Positions 50,209 through 59,443 of a stretch of DNA of 64,000 bases are shown here, in pieces (position 1 is the first letter of the stretch; each line of letters starts with the position of its first letter). Below the pieces are notes generated by a model. The model was not told the origin of the DNA and searched no databases. It saw only the letters and a program-made list of their open reading frames with translations. Where the stretch lies: the IMG/VR virus record IMGVR_UViG_3300020160_001966, positions 52,360 through 116,359 of that record, one strand, 5' to 3'. Made by a program: the position numbers and the translations under genes. Origin of the DNA: a virus.

Positions 50209-50529
50209 ATGGATACATTTTTTAATCTTTTATATTTTGTGCTTTTATCTTTAAGCATTTCTGTTATGTGGAATTTTTCTAAAATTTTTAATCCTTTTAG
50301 AAATTTAATATCCAGAATTCCTTATGTTAGGGTACCTTTATTGTGTCCAGAGTGTAGTTCTTTTTGGTTTGGGCTTCTATGCTCTTTATTATATAATCCA
50401 ATTGTTTTAGATTTTAATTTTTTTATAATCTCTAATATATTTTGTGGTTTAATTGTTTATTTGTTCGCTCATTTTATTTTTAAAAATGAACAAATAAATC
50501 TTGAAAATAAAATCAATTTTATTAAATAA
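50209..50529 (+). CDS. DUF1360-like small membrane protein (paralog)
   Basis: LLCPECSSFW between hydrophobic helices. Confidence 0.55.
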   Translation: MDTFFNLLYFVLLSLSISVMWNFSKIFNPFRNLISRIPYVRVPLLCPECSSFWFGLLCSLLYNPIVLDFNFFIISNIFCGLIVYLFAHFIFKNEQINLENKINFIK

Positions 50530-50537
50530 AAAAAAAT

Positions 50538-50972
50538 ATGAACAAAGAACTATTATTAAAAGCCGTAACTGAATATGAATTTACCCATGGTATTTTCATA
50601 GAATTAAACAAAGATGGGTCCGATTTCCAAAAAGAATTTATAAAATTAGCGCCTTCAATTGAAGCGGATATTAAAAGTTCTGCTTTAAATCGAGAATGTT
50701 CATGCACAGTTAAGGTTAAAAACTTTATCAGAGATCATAAAGATGAATGTATTTCTTTTTTAAGAAATATGGTGGAATCTTCAATTATAACAGAAATTGA
50801 TTTTGAACTTTTAAATAAAGAATATCGTGTATTAGTGGTAGCTGGAAAAGTGGCTAAAACTTCTATAAAAGATTGGCCAGAATTTATAAACAATCTGGAA
50901 GAGAGTAATGCTACTTATAAAGGTATGCATGTTGTTAAAGAAAACGATGATATTTATGTTTTCTTTTCTTGA
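50538..50972 (+). CDS. Hypothetical protein
   Basis: NRECSC motif. Confidence 0.5.
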   Translation: MNKELLLKAVTEYEFTHGIFIELNKDGSDFQKEFIKLAPSIEADIKSSALNRECSCTVKVKNFIRDHKDECISFLRNMVESSIITEIDFELLNKEYRVLVVAGKVAKTSIKDWPEFINNLEESNATYKGMHVVKENDDIYVFFS

Positions 50973-51631
50973 AAATGATAAATTTTGATACAAAAAATTT
51001 CTCATCTTTAAAAGTGTATGATTTTAATTGTGAGAAATCTTTAGTGGATAAAACTTTATATTCTATAAAAAATATAGAATATAGAAATAATGATTTCAAT
51101 AAAATTTCCATAGGTAGATTAAATGATTTGGATGAATTTAAAGATTTACACGAATGGTTTCAGAAATGTGTTGACACTGTATTTTTAGATTTAAATTTAC
51201 CAAAAACTTTTAAAAATATAAAGATTATAGAATCTTGGGCGAATAAAAGTGTTAGAAGTGAATCACATCATATGCACCATCATCCTAATTCGTATTTGAG
51301 TGCTATATTTTACTTAACATCCAATTCTTCTGGATTTACAAAATTTGTGACAGATAATATGTGGTATAATGATGAGCATTTATTTTCTTCTCATTTCGAT
51401 ACAGATTATTTCGAAAAGGATAATATTTTTACTCAAAAACCAGAAGCTGGTAAACTTTTAATTTTCCCTTCGAGATTACATCATTACGTTGAGCCTAATA
51501 TGGGGGATGATAGTAGATATACTATATCTTTTAACGCATATCCTGAAATATACGATGATAGACACAGTATTTATATATCTATAAGTGTAAATCCTTTTGA
51601 TAGGAAAAAAATTGAAAACACAGAAGTTTAA
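50969..51631 (+). CDS. 2OG-Fe(II) oxygenase (TIGR02466-like)
   Basis: WAN, HHHPNSYLSAIFY, LIFPS.L.H.V, R.TISFN. Confidence 0.85.
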   Translation: MKMINFDTKNFSSLKVYDFNCEKSLVDKTLYSIKNIEYRNNDFNKISIGRLNDLDEFKDLHEWFQKCVDTVFLDLNLPKTFKNIKIIESWANKSVRSESHHMHHHPNSYLSAIFYLTSNSSGFTKFVTDNMWYNDEHLFSSHFDTDYFEKDNIFTQKPEAGKLLIFPSRLHHYVEPNMGDDSRYTISFNAYPEIYDDRHSIYISISVNPFDRKKIENTEV

Positions 51632-52044
51632 AAAGTTGATTCAAATTTGTAAATCGTTTCAACCAATCCACCACCCCATTTCGTCGATCAGAACCTTTCA
51701 TGTAACTTTTGCTATTTTAAAAAATAGAATAGTATCTATAGGGATGAACAATACAAAAACGCATCCTAATATTAAAAGGTTAAATTATAAATCTAATGAT
51801 GGGGAAGATCTTAGAGATATTGCTAGAATGCATTCTGAATTGAATTGTGTTTTAAAATTGCAAAAAAAAAATAAATATTGAAAATTTCAAAAATATAGTT
51901 TTTGTAAATATAAGGCTTGACAAGATGGGTAACTTGAGATATGCTAAACCTTGCAATGGATGTAGTCATCTCATGAAACAGACAGGATATAAAAAATTTT
52001 ATTATTCTGGAGAATGTGGTGATTTCATAGAATATGATAACTAA
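51597..52044 (+). pseudogene. Zn-dependent cytidine-deaminase-like gene split by frameshift at A10 run
   Basis: HSE motif in frame 1 (stop 51881); AKPCNGC in the +1 frame ending TAA 52042-52044; A10 at 51862-51871. Confidence 0.75.
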
Positions 52045-52288
52045 GAAAAAATACAGAAATTTAAAACACTTATCGGATTTTGCAAAATCTTTCAATTCAT
52101 CTGAAAAATCTAAAGGGGATGTTAAGAAGAACCTTTTAAAATCTAAAGATGGTATTCGTATGCTTACTAGTAGTTCATGTATACGTCCAGATATTTTTTT
52201 AAATAATGATAGAACTTGTGATCATTGTAAATACTCTGATGATTGCGTGTGCCGTATAAAAAAATTTAGCAAATATTATAAAAAATGA
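52034..52288 (+). CDS. Small Cys-rich hypothetical protein
   Basis: C.RPDIFL....CDHC...C.C. Confidence 0.5.
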   Translation: MITKKKYRNLKHLSDFAKSFNSSEKSKGDVKKNLLKSKDGIRMLTSSSCIRPDIFLNNDRTCDHCKYSDDCVCRIKKFSKYYKK

Positions 52289-52572
52289 AAACTATAGACA
52301 AAGAATTTACTTATAAAAATTTTAGTTACAAACAATTGCTCAGAGATGGTAAAATTGCAATATATGAACAAAAATTAAAGGATGGTATTAAATGCGATTA
52401 TGAGGTTGTTATTATAGAAGAACATAATGGCTATGAAATAGCTGGTAATAAATTTCCACCATCTGAGATGTATCCATCATCTAACCAGTGGGGTGTTAAG
52501 GGTTTTACATTCACTGATTATGATGATGCATTGATAAAATTTAAAAAACTAAAGAAGAAACATGAAAAATAA
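52285..52572 (+). CDS. Hypothetical protein
   Basis: YEV...E.YP.S..WG..G.T. Confidence 0.5.
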   Translation: MKTIDKEFTYKNFSYKQLLRDGKIAIYEQKLKDGIKCDYEVVIIEEHNGYEIAGNKFPPSEMYPSSNQWGVKGFTFTDYDDALIKFKKLKKKHEK

Positions 52573-52708
52573 TAATCAAGCGGGAAAAGGTGATCGTTAT
52601 AGACCAGTCGATAAAAAAAAATATGATTCAAATTATGACTCGATTAAATGGGGTAAAAAAGATGTTAAGAGTAATAGTTCTAAAAAAAACCTTTCTTCCG
52701 ATAATTAG
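52562..52708 (+). CDS. 48-aa basic peptide, absent from ORF track
   Basis: MKNNNQAGKGDRYRPVDKKKYDSNYDSIKWG...; GKG..RP.D...Y..N.D.I pattern. Confidence 0.5.
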   Translation: MKNNNQAGKGDRYRPVDKKKYDSNYDSIKWGKKDVKSNSSKKNLSSDN

Positions 52709-52919
52709 TTTGTGTTTCCTGACATCATGTTCTAATTTAAAAACAGAGGGTAATTTTGGAGGAAATGAATATAAAGCCTCTAATGAATTAACATTCACGT
52801 ATGCTTTGTCTGAAAATGTAAAATTGAAAAGTAAAATTTCTCAACCTTACATCTATAAAAATTCTATAGATAAACATGTTCCAGATTATGCTGAAAGTGG
52901 AGTATTTTTCGATTTTTAA
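52662..52919 (+). CDS. Putative lipoprotein
   Basis: MLRVIVLKKTFLPIISLCFLTSC lipobox; ends GVFFDF. Confidence 0.5.
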   Translation: MLRVIVLKKTFLPIISLCFLTSCSNLKTEGNFGGNEYKASNELTFTYALSENVKLKSKISQPYIYKNSIDKHVPDYAESGVFFDF

Positions 52920-54020
52920 ATGAAAAATATTATATTGCAATCAAATATAATTCATGATGAGTATACTGATCAGACTAGTAAATTTTACGATGTTCCTTTT
53001 TCTGAAAAAAGTACATTTTCCATAGAAAATAATATAGAACTTCCAGATGATTGGAAGATTGGTTTAATTTACGGTCCTAGTGGTTCTGGAAAAAGTACTT
53101 TATTAAAACAATTTGGTGAAATCAAGAATATAGAATGGGATGATAGTAAATCTTTAATATCTAACTTTTTTCCATTTTCTTTTGAAGATGCTTCTCATGT
53201 TTTAACATCTGTTGGTTTTTCTACTATACCATCATGGTATAGGCCGTATAATGTTTTGTCTAATGGTGAAAAGTTTAGAGCGGATTTGGCAAAAAATTTG
53301 ATATGTAAAGAATTCGTTTTAATAGATGAATTTACCAGTGTGGTTGATAGAAATGTCGCTAAGTCCACATCTAATTCTGTTTCAAAATATATAAGAAATA
53401 CTAATAAGAAGGTCATTTTTTCTTCTTGTCATGAAGATATTATAGAGTGGTTAAATCCAGATTGGATGTATAATCCAATAGAAGGTAAGATGGTGTTACC
53501 AAGGGGGTGTCTTCAGCGACCTAAAATTGAACTTAAAATTTTCAGAGTCAAATATGATGCGTGGGAATTATTCAAACAACATCATTATTTGAGCAATTCT
53601 TTAAATAAAGCTGCGAAATGTTTCATCGCCTATTGGAAAGATGTCCCAGTTGCTTTTAATGCCACCTTATCATTCCCACATCCATTCGTTAAAAATGCTT
53701 GGAGAGGTAGCAGGACTGTTGTATTGCCAGATTTTCAAGGTCTTGGAATAGGTTCTAGACTTTCTGATCACATAGCCAGTATGGTTGTTGAGAAGGGTGG
53801 TAGATATTTTTCTAAAACCATACATCCATCTATGATAGCATATAGATTAAAAAGCGGTCTATGGAAAGAAACTACTCATTCTAGAAAGTCCAGAAATCCT
53901 AAAAACAAAAGTATGCTTGCCATGAATTGGAATGCTACAGATAGGTTTTGTTATGCTTTCGAATATATAGGAAAACCATCCTCATCCGAAGAATCTAAAA
54001 TTTTTTGGGAAAAATGTTGA
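52920..54020 (+). CDS. ABC-type ATPase fused to GNAT acetyltransferase
   Basis: GPSGSGKST, LSNGE, IDEF, SCH; RTVVLPDFQGLGIG acetyl-CoA motif. Confidence 0.85.
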   Translation: MKNIILQSNIIHDEYTDQTSKFYDVPFSEKSTFSIENNIELPDDWKIGLIYGPSGSGKSTLLKQFGEIKNIEWDDSKSLISNFFPFSFEDASHVLTSVGFSTIPSWYRPYNVLSNGEKFRADLAKNLICKEFVLIDEFTSVVDRNVAKSTSNSVSKYIRNTNKKVIFSSCHEDIIEWLNPDWMYNPIEGKMVLPRGCLQRPKIELKIFRVKYDAWELFKQHHYLSNSLNKAAKCFIAYWKDVPVAFNATLSFPHPFVKNAWRGSRTVVLPDFQGLGIGSRLSDHIASMVVEKGGRYFSKTIHPSMIAYRLKSGLWKETTHSRKSRNPKNKSMLAMNWNATDRFCYAFEYIGKPSSSEESKIFWEKC

Positions 54021-54052
54021 TTTACTATAATTATGCGCTAATATAATCATAT

Positions 54053-54598
54053 ATGGGAGAAAAAAAATATATAACACCTGATGTTTATTACATCGATAAT
54101 TTTTTAGAAGAATCTTTTATAGATAATTTGCACGATAAAATATCTAACCCTTCATCTTTGTGGTTTAGACATTCATGTAGAGGTTTTGATGTCGATAAAA
54201 ATTTTTATTTCTATAATCCTTTAAGTCCTGACGATTATGCGGGTGAATATGAACATTTTTCTAACATATTGAAGGATAATGAAGTTACTAGAATTTATGT
54301 AAATGGTCAAGTTGGTGTGGAGCATGGTAATTTTCATAAAGATGATGGTGATGAAACTTTTTTAATAGGGTTGACTAAAGGTTGGAATTCAGAATCTGGT
54401 GGAGCTACCGAATTTAAATCGGGAGATGATTGTTCATTTTCCATATATCCAAAATATAATAGAATAATATGTTTTAAATCAGATATAGAACATAGGGCTT
54501 TACCAAACGTAGATTTACATTCTTTTAGAATGACTTTAGCGATAAAAACTAATAAAGTTAAAAAAAATAATATTTCAAATATAAATTTTATAGCATAA
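54053..54598 (+). CDS. 2OG-Fe(II) oxygenase (prolyl-hydroxylase-like)
   Basis: HKDDG, GG.TEF, P.YNR..F...I.H, R.TLA. Confidence 0.8.
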   Translation: MGEKKYITPDVYYIDNFLEESFIDNLHDKISNPSSLWFRHSCRGFDVDKNFYFYNPLSPDDYAGEYEHFSNILKDNEVTRIYVNGQVGVEHGNFHKDDGDETFLIGLTKGWNSESGGATEFKSGDDCSFSIYPKYNRIICFKSDIEHRALPNVDLHSFRMTLAIKTNKVKKNNISNINFIA

Positions 54599-54599
54599 T

Positions 54600-55130
54600 A
54601 TGAACAATAAAACGCACATCAATGAAGATATATATTTTGTAGACAATTTTTTACCAGAAGATTTTTTGAATGACTTGGTTAATAAAGTATTGAACGATTC
54701 TTGGCATAAACATTATAGTAGAGACGGTGATGGAATTTTCTTTTGGGCTTTAAATTTAACTAATGATTCTTATGAAAATGAATTAGAATTTATAGAAAGT
54801 TTATTCCCTAATAATGATGTTTTGAGGGTTTATGTTAACGGACATTCGGGTATACAGCATGGGAGCTTCCATACAGATGATGGTGAAGAAACATATCTGG
54901 TGGGTTTAACTAAAGGTTGGAATTCAGAATCTGGTGGAGCTACTGAATTTAAAACGAAACATGATAATTCTACACTTTCAATATATCCTCTATATAATAG
55001 AATGGTTTGTTTTCCAGCACATATTGAACATAGGGCTGCTCCAAATATTGATTTATACACTTTTAGAATGACTTTAGCTATTCAAACTGATCGTAAAAAT
55101 TCTACAAAAGGTTTAAATTTTATACAATAA
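54600..55130 (+). CDS. 2OG-Fe(II) oxygenase, tandem paralog
   Basis: HTDDG, GGATEF, PLYNR, IEHRA, RMTLA. Confidence 0.8.
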   Translation: MNNKTHINEDIYFVDNFLPEDFLNDLVNKVLNDSWHKHYSRDGDGIFFWALNLTNDSYENELEFIESLFPNNDVLRVYVNGHSGIQHGSFHTDDGEETYLVGLTKGWNSESGGATEFKTKHDNSTLSIYPLYNRMVCFPAHIEHRAAPNIDLYTFRMTLAIQTDRKNSTKGLNFIQ

Positions 55131-55132
55131 AC

Positions 55133-55160
55133 TTGACAATGTGAAATGCCAGTTTATCAT
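55133..55160 (+). promoter_or_regulatory. Sigma70-type promoter
   Basis: TTGACA-N16-TATCAT, 8 nt before ATG 55169. Confidence 0.6.
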
Positions 55161-55168
55161 ATAAAGGT

Positions 55169-55447
55169 ATGACTAAAAAAGTAGAATGCGTTGAAGAGTA
55201 TTTTGTGAAGTTCACCGATGAGGAATTCCAAAAATTAGGTTGGAAACCTAATCAAAAATTTTCAGTAGAATTAAAATCCGATGATTCTATTTTACTTAAA
55301 CCTTTTGTTTCTTTGGAAATTGATCTTTCTGAATTTAAACGAGAAACTTTGGAGTTTATAATTTCTCTTTCTGTAGAAAAAGATATTTCTATAAATGATG
55401 TGATTTGTGAAATTTTAGAAAAGGAGATCGAAAAAAATGACAAATAA
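55169..55447 (+). CDS. Possible AbrB-like regulator
   Basis: LGWKPNQKFSVEL.....ILLKP. Confidence 0.4.
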   Translation: MTKKVECVEEYFVKFTDEEFQKLGWKPNQKFSVELKSDDSILLKPFVSLEIDLSEFKRETLEFIISLSVEKDISINDVICEILEKEIEKNDK

Positions 55448-55652
55448 AGATAGTATTTTTAGAGTAGTTGATTCTTGTGAAGATGGTGAAGCTTTACGTC
55501 CAGTTGTGGATATGGAGATATCTTCATTTGCAACTTTAAGCGATATGCTTTATGCTTTTGAACGTTTTTTATTATCCATAGGGTATGTGTTTCCTGATAA
55601 TACGCATTTGGATTTTATATCAGATGACGAGAGTGATGGGAGGGAATTTTAA
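55437..55652 (+). CDS. Small acidic hypothetical protein
   Basis: Open frame. Confidence 0.45.
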   Translation: MTNKDSIFRVVDSCEDGEALRPVVDMEISSFATLSDMLYAFERFLLSIGYVFPDNTHLDFISDDESDGREF

Positions 55653-56233
55653 TGGGAATGTTTGATTACGTTAAGTGCGACTATCCTCTTCCAGATATAG
55701 AGGTGGCTGAAAAATGGAATATCGATCTTAAATCGGTTTCTTTCCAAACAAAAGATATGGATAATTGTTTGGAAGAATATATAATTAAAAATGATGGAGA
55801 ACTCTATATTGTAAAAAATGAATACAAATGGGTGGATGATGATAATAGTTTTTTGAAAGGTTATTGTGAAGTTGTTAGCTCTGAGGAAGTTAAGGCTGAA
55901 TATCATGGTATGATGAATTTTTACCACTATGAACATGACTTGACGAAAGATGATAAACATTTCACATTATCTATAGATTTTTTGGCTAAATTTGTAGATA
56001 ATAAATTGGTGGATTTGAAGGTTTTGGAAGTTGAAGAGAAAGATATAACTGAGTATAAGCTTCAAACAGATAAACTATTTGAGGAGAGAAAACGTTATTG
56101 TAATAAATGGTATATAAAATATATTTTTAATACCAAATATGTTTTATTTTTTAGAAAAATGTTAAAAAACTTTATACATAAAGTTTTTAAATTAGTCGAA
56201 AGGATATATCATTTCACATTTATTCATTTATGA
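55652..56233 (+). CDS. Conserved phage hypothetical protein
   Basis: MGMFD.V.C.YPLP...FQTKD....L..Y. Confidence 0.55.
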   Translation: MGMFDYVKCDYPLPDIEVAEKWNIDLKSVSFQTKDMDNCLEEYIIKNDGELYIVKNEYKWVDDDNSFLKGYCEVVSSEEVKAEYHGMMNFYHYEHDLTKDDKHFTLSIDFLAKFVDNKLVDLKVLEVEEKDITEYKLQTDKLFEERKRYCNKWYIKYIFNTKYVLFFRKMLKNFIHKVFKLVERIYHFTFIHL

Positions 56234-56982
56234 AAAAGGTTAAATCTAAAAAAATTCAAATTGAATTTGATTATGAACATCTTTCAATTTTAACAACTGC
56301 TTTGGAAGTTTATTCTCGTCTTCGTTCTGGTCAAGTTGATATGGCTATGAGTGAGGCATATGCTGATAGGTATCTTGATTGGAACGAGAGGGAAGCTATC
56401 CATAGACATGTTAGATATGCTATGTTCCCATCTTTACCAGAAAGAAGATATGATGGTCATGGTGGGTTTTACGATCAGTATAATAACGAATATGATGAGA
56501 GTGGTTCTATAATAAAAGAATCAGAAGAGTGGGTTAAAAAGAAAAATTTCCCACATTTAGATCACCCGAATTCATCTTTTGGTGTTGGTAATACTGAAGA
56601 GATGAGAGATGGTACAATTGCATGGGAGATTAAAAAGGTTATAGATCAATATCTCCATTATGAGAGAAATGATGGATATCGCAGGATATGTGATGTTAGC
56701 GGTGATGGTGCTATGAAGTATTCAAACGTCGAGCCTCCTAAAATATTGGATGGCATTTTAGGATATTGGAAGCCTCAGAAGCAATTTAGAATACCTCAAA
56801 AGTTTCAAAAAAAGATTGATAATGCTATTAAAAATAAAAAATTCGATAAAGCTTGGGATATTGTTTATGAAGCATTTGAAAAATCACCATTACCTAAAGG
56901 AAATTGTTCGAAAATAGAAGATGTTGGTGGAAGTTATTATGTTATAATTGAAGAACCTTATAAATTTGATGAAAAGTATTGA
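56230..56982 (+). CDS. Hypothetical protein
   Basis: Open frame; ALEVYSRLRSGQ. Confidence 0.5.
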   Translation: MKKVKSKKIQIEFDYEHLSILTTALEVYSRLRSGQVDMAMSEAYADRYLDWNEREAIHRHVRYAMFPSLPERRYDGHGGFYDQYNNEYDESGSIIKESEEWVKKKNFPHLDHPNSSFGVGNTEEMRDGTIAWEIKKVIDQYLHYERNDGYRRICDVSGDGAMKYSNVEPPKILDGILGYWKPQKQFRIPQKFQKKIDNAIKNKKFDKAWDIVYEAFEKSPLPKGNCSKIEDVGGSYYVIIEEPYKFDEKY

Positions 56983-57667
56983 TCCACATAAGCCTTTATT
57001 ATTTTTAGGAGATCATCATGGAGAATGGTCTTATCTTCTTGATATTATAGATACTAAAAAAATAAGCGATTGTTATTTGATTAGCGTTGGGGATTCTGGA
57101 ATTGGATTTACCAATAAGGAAAATCAAATAAAGATGATAAATTATTTAAATTATGAATTTAAAGAAAGAAATATTATCTTTATGGCTATTAGAGGTAATC
57201 ATGATGATCCTGTTTATTTTCAAGGAATTGATAGAGTTTCATTAAGTAATTTTGAATTAATTGAAGATTATACTGTAGCCGAATATGATGGTAAAAAAAT
57301 TCAATTTATTGGTGGTGCGGTTTCTATCGATAGAACATCTAGAACCGAAGGACGTTCGTATTGGGAAGATGAAGTAGTTAAATTCGATAGAGATAAATGC
57401 AAAGAAGTAGATATTCTAATAACCCATACTGCCCCTTCTTGGTGCTTTCCACAGCAATTTAATGAATTGGTTTATGGATGGGCAAATGAGGATGCTTATT
57501 TGCTGGAAGACCTTACAGACGAAAGAGCCATTATGGATGAGATTTGTAAACTATGTAAACCATCATTACATCTTTATGGACATTTTCATTCTAGTTGGAC
57601 TGAGGTTATAAATGGATGTAAACATAAGCTTTTAGACATTAATGAATTTTGGGGGAATCGTGGATAA
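56948..57667 (+). CDS. Calcineurin-like metallophosphoesterase
   Basis: GDHHG, VGDSG, RGNHD, GGAVSID, THTAP, YGHFH. Confidence 0.9.
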   Translation: MKNLINLMKSIDPHKPLLFLGDHHGEWSYLLDIIDTKKISDCYLISVGDSGIGFTNKENQIKMINYLNYEFKERNIIFMAIRGNHDDPVYFQGIDRVSLSNFELIEDYTVAEYDGKKIQFIGGAVSIDRTSRTEGRSYWEDEVVKFDRDKCKEVDILITHTAPSWCFPQQFNELVYGWANEDAYLLEDLTDERAIMDEICKLCKPSLHLYGHFHSSWTEVINGCKHKLLDINEFWGNRG

Positions 57668-57673
57668 TTTTTA

Positions 57674-58768
57674 ATGAAAGTGAATATACCAACAGAGGAA
57701 GATTGTTTTAATATCGTTCCTAACAAATTTTGTGGTTTGGATTGTTATTTAATAACTCCAGAAATCGATGCGAAGTGGACTAGTAACAATTTATTTTACA
57801 GATCTTTAATTACAGATAAAGATGGAAATGTTTTATCTTCTGGTTTTCCTAAATTTTTTAATTATGGGGAGAAGACAAACTGTTATCCAGACCCTCAAAT
57901 TTTTAATGATTGGAGATGCGAAGATAAGATTGATGGTTCTTTGCTTATAGCTGATTATGTAAATGATCAATTTTCTATGAGAACGAGAGGAACTGTTTCA
58001 TACTCCACTCAAGAAAACTTTAAAGATTTTGAGAGATTGCCAGAAAAATATCCAGAAGTTGTTAATTTTTTAAAAAATAATCAGCATTTGAGTCTTTTGT
58101 TCGAGATTGTTACACCGAACAATGTGATTGTTGTTAGAGCTTCTCAGATAGAATTTTACCTCATAGGTGCTATAAACAAGAATGGTATGTGTGTTGTTTC
58201 CTCTGCCGATTTGACTGATATATGGAGGAAGATAGGTCCGATACCTACACCACAATCTTATAACTTCTTAGACACTAATGATCTTTCTAAGATAGCAGAA
58301 AATATAAAATATTGGAAGGGTAAAGAGGGTATTGTTGTTTCTTACAATAATGGTCAAAATAGAATCAAATTAAAATCAGATTGGTATTTGTTTTGTCACA
58401 GAGTTAAATCGCAACTCAGTTCTACTAAAAATCTTATTGATTATTATATAGATAATAACATGCCTTCTTATGAAGAATTTTATAAAATGATTGAAACAGA
58501 ATTTGATTATGAGATTGCTATTCAATTAAAATGGGAATTGGAAAAAATTTGCGAAGCAGGAGAAAAATCGAAAAAATATATTGATCATATACTAGAAGTA
58601 GTACATGATATTAGAAAAGTAGAAACGAGAAAAGAACAAGCAGAAATGATATTGAGAAATTTTAAAGATAATTCATCATTTGTATTTTCTGTTTTAGACG
58701 GTAAAAAAATAACCAAAGATCAATGGATTAATTTGATGAAACAAAATTTAATCATCTCACAGGATTGA
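57674..58768 (+). CDS. rnlA: T4 Rnl1-like RNA ligase
   Basis: FPKFFN, KIDGS (motif I), TRG, FEI, EGIV, KLKSDWY. Confidence 0.8.
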   Translation: MKVNIPTEEDCFNIVPNKFCGLDCYLITPEIDAKWTSNNLFYRSLITDKDGNVLSSGFPKFFNYGEKTNCYPDPQIFNDWRCEDKIDGSLLIADYVNDQFSMRTRGTVSYSTQENFKDFERLPEKYPEVVNFLKNNQHLSLLFEIVTPNNVIVVRASQIEFYLIGAINKNGMCVVSSADLTDIWRKIGPIPTPQSYNFLDTNDLSKIAENIKYWKGKEGIVVSYNNGQNRIKLKSDWYLFCHRVKSQLSSTKNLIDYYIDNNMPSYEEFYKMIETEFDYEIAIQLKWELEKICEAGEKSKKYIDHILEVVHDIRKVETRKEQAEMILRNFKDNSSFVFSVLDGKKITKDQWINLMKQNLIISQD

Positions 58769-59429
58769 TTTCGAAGGTTTTGTGTTTCATTACAATTTCC
58801 GCTGGAACGTATAAAGTCATGTCGAAATTGCCAAAACGTCTTCTAGTGTAGAAGACTGCTTCTTTGTTTGGTATAAGAACCGCATCTTCTTTAATATCTG
58901 TATATTTGACAGCTTCTTTGTTTGAGGTATGAAATAATTCTACACCCCTACCTTCTCCTCTCTTAGAGAAAAGTCCTAAAGATTCTATTTCTTTTAAAAG
59001 AGGGTGTCTTTTAACCATATCGAAACCTCCTCTTGAAGTATTGTAAAATGCTATGTAGTTCGCCTCACCATACATCCATCCTTTATGTCCCTTATTGCCT
59101 ACAAATTCCAATAATAAGTTATCTGTTCCTATCAATCTTTTGTCGTTTTTAACTTCAACATAACAAGATTTATTTTTAGCAACCTTACCCGCATTTTCAG
59201 GTCTATCCCCCCATGCAGGTTCTCCTTTATCTAATACTTTAAAATCGATGTGTAGAACTGTCTCTTCGTATTGATCTGCTTGTTTACATTTTAATTTATT
59301 CTGTTTACACAATTGTACGAATAAATCTTCGTAAGCTTGCCCTCTAGCTTCATCTCTTTCGGCATTACTGGCATTTTCTCCAGCATGAGCTTCTAATACT
59401 AAATTATAATAATTGTCGAAAAGATTCAT
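58752..59429 (-). CDS. PD-(D/E)XK restriction-like nuclease with leader
   Basis: G..YE, HIDF, YVEVK, LLEF, GWMYG.ANYIAF; starts MNLFDNYYNLVLEA. Confidence 0.6.
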   Translation of the reverse strand: MNLFDNYYNLVLEAHAGENASNAERDEARGQAYEDLFVQLCKQNKLKCKQADQYEETVLHIDFKVLDKGEPAWGDRPENAGKVAKNKSCYVEVKNDKRLIGTDNLLLEFVGNKGHKGWMYGEANYIAFYNTSRGGFDMVKRHPLLKEIESLGLFSKRGEGRGVELFHTSNKEAVKYTDIKEDAVLIPNKEAVFYTRRRFGNFDMTLYVPAEIVMKHKTFEINPVR

Positions 59430-59443
59430 ATTAACTATTTATG

